From: Blastocladiella emersonii ATCC 22665 | Taxonomy: Eukaryota > Fungi > Blastocladiomycota | Direction of reading: 5' to 3' | Assembly (NCBI GenBank): GCA_025594325.1 | Contig: JANHCV010000012.1 | Location: 372,001 to 436,000, forward strand | Length of the DNA: 64,000 bases | Shown: piece after piece, positions 1 through 10,025 of the stretch | Numbering within the stretch: position 1 is the first letter of the stretch | Layout: every line of letters begins with the position of its first letter | Translations under genes and position numbers: made by a program | The notes under the pieces: generated by a model | Database searches by the model: none | Seen by the model: only the letters and a program-made list of their open reading frames with translations | Told to the model about the DNA's origin: nothing

Positions 1-485
1 GGGCGCCGTGCGAGAAGGTCACGGCGAGGCCGAGGGTGATGCGGACTAGAAGGAGGCGGGGTGAGTCGAGGGGCGCGGTGCGAGGGGAGAGTGGAGGGAG
101 GAGGACGGACCCGCGTGCAGCATGACCCACTTGACATCGTCGACGGGCCACCCGGCGAGCTGCATCGCCCATTTCAGCGGCGAGACGGCGGCGGCGAGGA
201 GCAGCGGGCCGAGGAAGGTGCGCGGCACGACGCCGGGGAACTCGTGGTGGTCGTACTACGCGCCACCGGTGTGTCAGTCCCATTCGGCTCAGCGTAGCGA
301 CGAGAACGAACCTTGTCGAGGTCAGCGCCGTGGAAGAGAATGTCGTGAGTGGCCTGCAGGTTGAACGACTCCTCGACCTTGGTGAAGGGCGCGGCGACGG
401 CGAGCGCGGCGATCAGGGCGCCGAGGAGCGCGGTGGCTGCCGTGACGGTCCACGCCGGACATCTAACTGATACATGGTTGGTCAT
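1..485 (-). CDS. ALG12: Dol-P-Man alpha-1,6-mannosyltransferase, 5' part (runs off window)
   Basis: [16 protein letters not shown] and spliced [17 protein letters not shown] motifs; intron 256-311 (GT..ACTGAC..AG) and a second intron near 47-107; start codon choice uncertain. Confidence 0.9.
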
Positions 486-743
486 TGCCGTTGGCGTTGC
501 AGGTGGTCGCTTCTTCATTTTTCTTTCGGGGCAGAGGAGGAGAGGAGACGCGCCCCGTTTCAAGTGCGTCAGGTGACGGCGGGTGACCGGCGGGGGCGCC
601 TAGCAACGGCACGTGTGAGCTCCGGGTGCCTCCGGGCACTCGGCGGGATGCCTCAGATGCGGCGCAGGCGGGCAGTTCTGTTCCGCCTCTCTTGACAGAC
701 AAGGAAGTCTTTTTCTGAACAGACGAGCCTGTCCCTTTTCACC

Positions 744-1318
<575 letters not shown>

Positions 1319-1735
1319 GGTGTTTTTCTCGACCGATGTGTCCCTGAGCGTGCTCCCAATACACCGAGCCCCGTTTCTGCATATCTGCATCGTCTCTGAG
1401 TGACTCTCTAGCTAGCTCGAGTGGGCTATCGTGAGCTAGTAGTCTTCAGCCGCGTTCTGACTCTGAGCTCGACAATGTTGGTCAAGCACACTTCGGAGTC
1501 TTTGCAGGTCAAGCAATAAGGCTGTATCATGTATGTAGCGAGGCGAGGGAGGGAGGGGTACGAGGGCGACACGAGAGAGCAACGACGACAGCGAGACGAG
1601 CGAGCGGAAGGGGAGGGTAAACGGTTGGAAGAAATCAATCAAGACACACACACACAAACGGCGGGGGCACCCCCCTCTCATCACAGCACCCACCCGACAC
1701 GACGCGGGCAGGGCAAGGGAGAGAGAGGGGTCCAC

Positions 1736-1954
1736 CTACGCAATGGTACACGCGCACGGCCCGCCCATGGGCCCGTAGGGGTCCTCCTTCTTGTCGACGG
1801 TGCCCCAGACCGAGGGCACCAGGTAGTCCTTGGTGGTCTTGACGTACTTGATGAGCGACTGCGACGCGTCCGAGACGGTCAGCCGCGGCATGTCGAGCTG
1901 CTCCTTGAGCCGGTTGTTGAGCTCGAGCAGCTTCTTGAGCTTGAGTTCCGACAT
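1736..1954 (-). CDS. Heterotrimeric G-protein gamma subunit
   Basis: 72-aa GGL-type sequence ([31 protein letters not shown]) ending in CaaX CTIA; in-frame upstream ATG at 2338 possible. Confidence 0.9.
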   Translation of the reverse strand: MSELKLKKLLELNNRLKEQLDMPRLTVSDASQSLIKYVKTTKDYLVPSVWGTVDKKEDPYGPMGGPCACTIA

Positions 1955-3378
1955 GGCGGTCGCGGTGCGGGGCGAGAAGACGGAGGTGGCGGCGGCGGGG
2001 CGGGGTTGTGGTGGCCGTGGGCGCGAGGTGAGCGACGCCGACGACGAGTAGGACGAGAGGGCCGGCGACGAAGCGGACGCGTGTGGCTCTGCTGCTGGCG
2101 CTGCTCCTTGACGGCTGAGCGACGAGGATGACGCGAGGCGCGGGGCGGATCGCTGGTGCTGCTGGTGCTGCGACCGAGGATGATGGTGCAGGAGCGGCTG
2201 CGTGACGGACGACGACGGCTGCTGCTGCGGTTGAGGAAGGTGCTGGCGCTGGCGCTGCGACTGCTGGTGGTGCGTCGTCGACGAGTAGTAGGTGGACGTC
2301 ATGGCGGCGACCGATGCGGGCGATGGCGAAGAGGACATGGTTGTGGGCGAGCGAGGCAGTGAGTTAGCCGATGAACAACACGACGACGGCGGACGACGGC
2401 GGCGGCACGACGCGACGCGATCCGGTGGCGAGCGAGAAGCGGAAAGCGCGCGGACGGGGACGGGAGGTCGAGCGAGCGAGAGCGGCGAGCGAAGGGAGGG
2501 TCCCGAACCAGCGACGATGCCGTGCCGGTCGGACAAAGTTAATTTGGGTGCAAGGGGAAGAGGTACGGCGAACCGACGCGAAGAACCACGCGCGCGCCGA
2601 AGCGCGAGCCCGAGTGGTGCGGATGCGCGGCGGGCTGGGTCGGACCAGCCGGCACAGCAGGGTCCCTGCCAGCGTACGGCGACGGCGACGCGTGGCAGCA
2701 GCGTGGGTTCGATGGATCCATGGCGCGGGGCGGCGCACGACTCGGGAGGGCAAGCGGACGGGGGAGGAGAGGGGGAGGGTGGCGCAGGTGGGTGTCCGAA
2801 TGGCGGGCGGCGCACACGGATCGCGCGCGCGGCGGGGCAGGTCGTCGATGCATGGGCAGGCGGTGATCGTACGTGTACGACGACGACGGCGGCGGCGGGC
2901 GGCGGTAGCGACAGCAGGTCAAGGGTGGATGCGTGCGATGGAGAGCACGGTTGCAGCGAGTCTTGCTACGAGAGAGCGAGCGGGAGCGGGAGGGGGGAGG
3001 GAGAGAGCGCGCGCTGGACGGGTGGGTGGGTGGCGGTGGCGGCGGGCGCGTCGGTGCGTGTGCTGGTTGATGAAATTATTACGCGCGTGCGGGTGTGTGG
3101 CCCAGCACAGCTCTCCCCCCAGAGCGCCACGGTGGCGGCGGTGGTGGGCGAAGCGAGGCGGGAGACGTGGCGCCGCCGCATCCCCCACCCGAAGCGTGAC
3201 TTCACGCCGTCCCGCGTTGTCACCTGCCCGTCACATGATATGGCGGCGCGTTTCTCGCCCATGTTTTCCCGCGCGTGCCAAGGAGGTCAGGAGACACTCA
3301 TTAATCACCCCCGATTATTTAGTGGGATATGACTCGACGCACTCGGATCGCCATGTCACCTACTCCTCACCTCACACC

Positions 3379-4750
3379 ATGCCATCAAATGATCTCACCG
3401 CCGTGACCTCGGAGCGCCGGCGCTGCCGCGCGTGCGGGTGCCTGGGCGCGTCGAGCGGCCGCTTGTTCCGCGTCGTGTGCTGCGCCATCTCCGTCAAGCA
3501 GTCGATTGCGTCGCGCCTGCTGTACTGCCTGGGCTTTGTGGTGCTCGGGTGCGCGGCTGTCGGGTTCAAGAACGCCTCGCCCAAAATCCTCGACGCCGTG
3601 TCGCGCGACACCGCGTGCGCTTCCCAGACCTGCCGCGCGAACCTGGCCGTATTCCGCATCGCCTTCGCGGGCGTCCTGTACCACGCCCTGCACATGGTCC
3701 TGCTGGCGGGCATCCGGTCAAGCGCCGACCCGCGCGCGTACATCCAGAACAGCGCGTGGCTGGTCAAGGCCGCGTTGCTGGTCGGGGTGGTCGTCGGCGT
3801 CTTCTACATCCCGAGCGCGCACCTCGTCAAGTTCCCGATCGCCGCGCTGACCTTCACCACGGGCTTCCTGCTGATCCAGACGTTCCTGCTCGTCGATTTC
3901 GCGCACTCGTGGGCCGAGCGGTGCCTCGTCAACTACGAGTCGACGCGCGGGTTGCGGTGGAAGCTCGCGCTCATCGGCGTCACGCTGCTGTGCTTTGCGC
4001 TCACCTTGGCCGGCGTCACGCTCCTGTACCTGACGCTGCGCCCCGACACCCCAACCTCGGGCTCGCCATGCTGGCTCAACCCGTTCCTCATCTCCGTCTC
4101 GCTCGCGCTCAACCTGGCCCAGATCCTCCTCTCGATCTACCCGCGCGTGCGCGAACACAACCCGAAGTCCGGGCTCCTGCAGTCGGCCATCATCGCCGTC
4201 TATACCACGTACCTGCTCGTCAGCGGGCTCGCGCCCGACCTGTACCAGTGCGGGTCGCGGTTACCCATCTCCCTCGTCGGGAGCCCCGTCGCCGTGTCGA
4301 CGAGCTCCGCGAGTCTCGCGGACGTGGCCAAAGTCGGCGGCGCGCTCATCAGTACCGCGGCACTCAGCTACAGCGCGTTCGGGACGGCGAGCACGCGGTT
4401 CTTCGTCTCGACGTCGTCGAACGGGTCGATTGCGGTCGCGGGAGAAGACGCGGATGACGAAACGGACCAGACCGTCTACTCGTACTCGTACTTCCACCTC
4501 GTGTTCGCGCTCGCGTGCTTTTACCTCTCGGTCGTCGTGTCTGACTGGGTCACGCAGGCCGCGGACGATGATGCGGGGAGTGTGAGTGTCGCGCCGATGT
4601 GGGTGCGCGTGGGGACCGGGTTCATGGTCGCGCTGCTGTATATGTGGACGCTCGTGGCGCCGCTGGTACGTCGAAAAGGTGAGGTGAGAGGGGTGCAGGG
4701 CTAACGCGTGAATGAGCGTGTAGGTGTTCCCCGATCGAGATTTCTCGTGA
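3379..4750 (+). CDS. TMS1: SERINC/TMS1-family multi-pass membrane protein
   Basis: Multiple TM helices, SGLLQSAII, DDE..VYSYSYFHLVFALA; intron 4666-4723 restores the conserved LVAPLVFPDRDFS C-terminus. Confidence 0.92.
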
Positions 4751-4839
4751 GCCAACAACGAACATGTATAGAATCGAGCACGATGCGCATGAGCGAGAGC
4801 GAGGGAGGGAGGGGCGAGGAAGGCCGCCGACCCGCGTCC

Positions 4840-5662
4840 TTAGGCGTGCTTCTCAAAGTACTCCTTGGCCTTGTCGTGGCTCGGCGTCATGGACGGCGCC
4901 CCCTTCTTCCAACCCGCGGGACACACGTTGCCGTGCTTTTCCGTGAACTGCAGGGCATCGATGAGCCGGAGCGTCTCGTCGACGTTGCGGCCGATGGGCA
5001 GGTCGTTGACCGTGGACTGGCGGAGCACGCCCTTGTCGTCGACGATGAAGGTGCCGCGCAGGGCAATGCCCTTGTCCTCGAGCAGCACGCCGTAGTCGCG
5101 GGCAATCTTCTTGGTGATGTCGGCGACCATGGGGATGCGCGTGGGCCCGAGCCCGCCCTGCTTGCGCGGGGTGTTGGACCACGCCAGGTGCGAGTGCTCG
5201 CTGTCGACCGAGATGACCAGCACCTCGGTGTTGAGCTTGGCGAACTCGTCGGCGCGGTCGTTGAACGCCGTGATCTCGGTCGGGCACTACACACGTGCGG
5301 ACCGCGGGGTCAGGGACGAGGGTGAGGGGGCGAGGGAGAGGAAGGACGTACCACGAACGTGAAGTCGAGCGGGTAAAAGACCAGCGTCACGTACTTGCCG
5401 AGGTAGTCGGACAGCTTGACCGTCTTGAACTGCCCGTTGACGACCGCCGTCGCCTCAAAGTGCGGCGCCGGCTTCTGGATCTGCGCGTGGTCTACACCTC
5501 GCTGCCGTAAGCTATGCGGCCGAGTACTTGATCTCGAGCACACATACGGCGAGCAACCGCCGAGGTCGAGAATCGGGCGGCCATGGCCGGGACCGACGCA
5601 GCGGCGCGGAACGCCGGGGCGACGGTGGCCGCGCGGGCAAAGGCGGTGCGGAACATGGACAT
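4840..5662 (-). CDS. Typical 2-Cys peroxiredoxin (AhpC/TSA) with predicted mitochondrial presequence
   Basis: FYPLDFTFV|CPTEI peroxidatic and VCPAGW resolving motifs, C-terminal EYF; introns 5492-5547 and 5287-5351; Arg/Ala-rich N-terminus. Confidence 0.96.
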
Positions 5663-5907
5663 GGTTATGTTGCAGAGCGATACATGCACACAAGGAGAGA
5701 GCGAGAACTGAAAGCGATCGCCCTCCGCCGAAAAGAGCAAACGCGTCGGTTGGGGCGCGTCAGGTGACGGGGCGCCACGGCTGTCAGCGCGGGCGATCGC
5801 TCACTTGGCCACGCGCAACGCCTCTTCGTCGCCTTTGCCGCCCAGCGACGCGCCACTCTTCTCACCCTCTTGCGCTTGCAACGCACCACGTAGCAAACGA
5901 ATAAACC

Positions 5908-7196
5908 ATGACCACGTCGCCGCAGACGCTGCTCAACCTGTCGGTCCCCGTCACGGCGTTTGCCTTCAACGCCGACCGCTCGCGTACGCGTGCTCCACCC
6001 GCGAGTTGTAAGGGCGATCGCCCTGACGAGTCCATCGTGTGTAGAGGTCGCCGTGTGCCCCAACACCGAGGACGTGCACATCTACGCCCTGACGGATGCG
6101 GGCTACGTGCAGACGCACACGCTGTCCAAGGTACGCGATCGCGCGCTGCCCCCGCTCGACCGTGGCGCTGACCCGCCCATCCGCAACCCCAGCACGGCCA
6201 GCTCGTGACGGGCATCGACTGGGCGCCGACGACGAACCGGCTCGTGACGTGCTCGCAGGACCGCAACGGGTACGTGTGGACGTATGACGCGGCGTCCAAC
6301 ACGTGGGTCCCCGAGCTCGTGATGCTTCGGATCACCCGGTCCGCGACGGCGGTCCGCTGGTCGCCCAACGAGGACAAGTTCGCCGTGGCGAGCTCGGCCC
6401 ACGTCGTCTCGGTGTGCTACTTTGACGCCGAAAACGACTGGTGGTCGTCCAAGCACCTCAAGAAGCCCCTGCGCAGCACGGTCCTCTCGCTCGACTGGCA
6501 CCCGAACAACGTGCTGCTCGCCGTCGGCGGCGCCGACAACCACGCCCGCGTCTTCTCCGCCTTCATCAAGGGGCTCGACGCTAAGCCCGCGGCCTCGGCC
6601 TGGGGCGAGCGGCTCCCCTTCGGCACCGTGTGCGCCGACGTGACCACGGACTCGCTCGGCTGGGTCCACGGGGTTGGGTTTTCGCCGTCGGGCAACGCCC
6701 TGGCGTTCGTCGGCCACGACTCGTCCTTCAACGTCTACTACCCCGAGCAGAACGCCATCGCGACCGTCCGCGCCCCGCTCCTCCCGCTCCTCGGCGTCCT
6801 CTGGATCAACGAGTCCGAGGCCCTCGCCGTCGGCCACGACTGCACCCCGGTCCTCATGGTCGGCAATGCCGACGACGGGTGGCGGTTCGCCGGCCGCGTC
6901 GACGAGGGCAAGAAGGCGAGCGCCGGGACCGCGACTAACTCGGCGCTCGCCAAGTTCCGCGCCATGGACTCGCGCGCGACTACCGCGCCCCAGGACACGG
7001 ACCTCACCACGGTGCACCAGAACTCGATCACGTACGTTACGTGACCTCGGCCGAATATGCGCAGCCACTGACCTCGCGCCTGTGTAGCTCGATCCGCGCC
7101 TACGACGAGTCCAAGTACGTGACGGCCGGCGTCGACGGCCGCGTCGTCGTGTGGAACTCGCTCGACGAGGCCATGAAGCGGCTCACCGTAGCCTGA
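5908..7196 (+). CDS. ARC40: Arp2/3 complex subunit 1 (p41, WD40)
   Basis: AFNADR.., VTGIDWAP..NRLVTCSQDRN.YVW, WWSSKHLKKPLRSTV, SAWGERLPFG; three introns (5984-6044, about 6131-6191, about 7031-7087). Confidence 0.97.
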
Positions 7197-7273
7197 TCCC
7201 TCCTTCCCACAACTACCCTCCTTTTTTTGATACAACACACCTTGGTATGATATGATTTTCGTATGTACATCAA

Positions 7274-9084
7274 CTAGTATCTACCCTCGCGCGAGAGCAG
7301 CGACAGCCCCGGCGGCGGCACCAACGTCGACGCGGCGGGGCTGAACATCGAGTCCTGCCGCTTCGCCACCGCGTGTGTCGCCACCTCCGCTGTCGCCACT
7401 GCCGAAGGGGCAGCAGAGGACCACGTCGCCGTCCACGCGAGACCCAGGACCCGCGCCTCGCTGCGCGCCGCTGCCGTGAACGTCGACGGGTCGCGGTCCG
7501 GCACACGCATGGAGACCCGCGCGTCGTGCATCTCGCGCGCGAGGAGCGACCGCGGCGCCACCGCCGCCGTGTCGGGCGTCGTATTGTCGGTGCTGCGGAC
7601 GACGGGGACGAGGTCCGTCGTAGCCTGGGCAATCGAGGCGGCGGGTTCGTCGAGGAGCGTTGCGAGCTACACGCGGACGACGGGTCAGTGGATGTTGACG
7701 TGAGACCCGAACGACGTACCCAGCTCAGCTGCGCGCGACTCCCCTCAAACTCATCAAACGCCCCCTGCTCGACGACAGCCGGCACCGGGTCCGCGTTCCA
7801 CAGCGCGCGAACGCGAGCCTCGGGCCCGGGCACGACGCGCACCGCGAGCCCGAACTGCGTCTTGACCCCGCCCGCGCCGCGCAGCAGGACCACGGGTTCC
7901 GTCGCCCACTCGGGGACCACGGCCGCGGTGCCGACGACCGCCACAGTCTCGGCCGAACTCGAGCCCGTGATCGCGGCCGCCGCCGCGCCCGGCACGAGCT
8001 GCAGCAGGCGCCACGCCGACGTCAGCGACACGCCCACGACGAACGCGAAGCAGTCCGTCACCGCGTGCGGCGGGTACCGGCCCGGCGCCAGGAGGACGCG
8101 GCACACGGAGGTCACGGCGGCGGTCCCAGCGGTGAGGTTTTTGGGCGAGGGGAACCGCGCGGCTAGGTCCTCGGCCGGCGCCCGTGAGTGCGGTGCAACG
8201 GCATTCCACGCGCCATGGAACAAGACCATGGCGCCAGCGACCTTCGCCGTGCTCGTCACCAGCCCCGCGCAGCTGCGCAGCGTCAACCAGTACGGCGACA
8301 GGACTGGCAGCGACCACGCGTCGCGCGGCAGGCCGGACTCGCCGACGGCCGCGACGTGGGACGCGAGACGCGCCAGGACGTCGTCACCCGCCCTCACCGC
8401 GTCCGCTGGGAACTGGTCCGCGTGCTTGGCGACGAACACGGCGTACGCGGCGGCACGGTCGCGCCACACCGACGGGATCGAGGCGAGGTCGGAGGAGAGA
8501 GAGATCTGCCGCAGGAACGGCAGCTGCATCGACAGCGTCTCGCGCAGCCGTGCGGCCGACTGGAACACGTACGGCGCGACGGTCAGTTCGCCGTACACCC
8601 ACGCCGCGAGCCACGGCGACAGCGTGCGCGTGGATGGCGGGGTAGCGAGGGCGGATGGGTGGAAGGACGTCGGGGTCGGGCTCGGTGGGCTCGCGCTGCG
8701 TGGGTGGAACGACGGCGGCGCGCCGACGGGGACGGGGGTCGTGCCGTGAGCGGGTTGCGGCGGGTGGAACGACGTCCGGCCGACGGGACCGGTGCCGCGG
8801 ACGGGCGTCGGATGGTACGACTCGGGGCCGACGGGGCCCGCAGTGTGGCCGGACTGCGGCGGCGGCGGGTGGAACGATGATGGCCCCGATGGGCCGCGGG
8901 CGGGTGTCGCGTGGTACGACTCGAACCCGACGGGGCTCGCGCTGCAGGGAGGTGCCGGCGGGTGGAACGACGATGAACCCGCTGGACCGGTACTGCCGCG
9001 GGCGGCCGGCGCCGGGTGGAACGTCGCCGGGTAGAACGGGCGCACGGCCGAGACGTGGTGCGCGGACAGCGGGAGCGGCGCCAT
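7274..9084 (-). CDS. Hypothetical protein with N-terminal S(F/Y)HP repeats and a possible OB-fold region
   Basis: Long ORF with native codon bias; canonical intron at about 7666-7718 (GTACGT..ACTGAC..TAG) joins it to the 7274-7561 ORF. Confidence 0.75.
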
Positions 9085-9810
9085 GGTCGACGATGGATAC
9101 GGCGGGCGATGACTTGGTGCAGCGTGTAGGCGAGCGGGATCCGGTCGTGGTCGGCGGCAGCAGCGACAGGTCGAAGATCAGATCGAGTGATTCATGGGCA
9201 GTGCAAGGCGGTACAAGTTTGAGGAGGAGCAGTAGTAGATGGCTGGGTGGCGTATGACCCGAAGCCAAGAGGGTGATGATGATGAAGCGTTGATGGGTGA
9301 GGGACACTCGACTCGACCCGCGATCCGGGTTGGAGACCCGCCACACACCCGCCCGGCTTATACGATAATATTGCATCAACATGGCGGCGGTGGATCGGGA
9401 CCCGCCACACTGGCCCGCGACGGCGGCGGCGCTCCCATTGCTGCAAGTGTCCCAGGTAACGGATCACTGGACCTGGGAAACAAATCTTCGTTCATGACCA
9501 GCTGGGCCACTGCCGCCGGGTGATGTTGCGCGAGGTCATTTTTGCGCGCGTGAGCCGTCGCGCACGCGAGACACGGGCGGACCGCGCGAACAATACGTGG
9601 GCAGCAAGGGATACACGGGCCGAGCTGTTGGGCGCATCGCCGGCGGGCGGCGCAGGAAGGCGGGCAACGACGCGTCGCGGAACGCGTCTCGCGCGCCGCA
9701 CGTGAGGTGACCTGGCCGCGAGACACTTATCTTCGCCCGGCTTCCCGTGACCAATTATCACTTCTTATGTATCGCCGATCAAAGGAAATCACCAAAATCA
9801 ATTTCCGGGC

Positions 9811-9819
9811 GCTCATCGC
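9811..9819 (-). promoter_or_regulatory. PAC-like element (GCGATGAGC) upstream of NOC2
   Basis: Exact match to the yeast PAC motif about 207 bp upstream of a ribosome-biogenesis gene; the motif also occurs elsewhere, so chance is possible. Confidence 0.35.
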
Positions 9820-10025
9820 AAAAACCCAGGCTTCGGGTCCAGGTAGCGACAGCTCACGTGATCCCACGCGACACGAATCAACGCGCCTCCTCACCCTCCC
9901 GCTCGCGCCTGCACCCTCGCGCCCCGCCGTCACCGCCGACCTCGCGCGCGCCACACGAAATCCCCTTGACGGACGACGACCACACTACCACGTAGCTAGC
10001 TCCCCGCATCCGATCCACCACCATC

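Noticed and set aside
2371-3378. 336-aa Arg/Gly-rich N-terminal extension of the SERINC ORF
   Set aside because: Stop-free by GC richness, spans the G-gamma upstream region and promoter; SERINC homology starts at ATG 3379
9450-9478. TCCCAGGT..ACCTGGGA hairpin
   Set aside because: An 8-bp stem is expected by chance in 64 kb; no ncRNA family features
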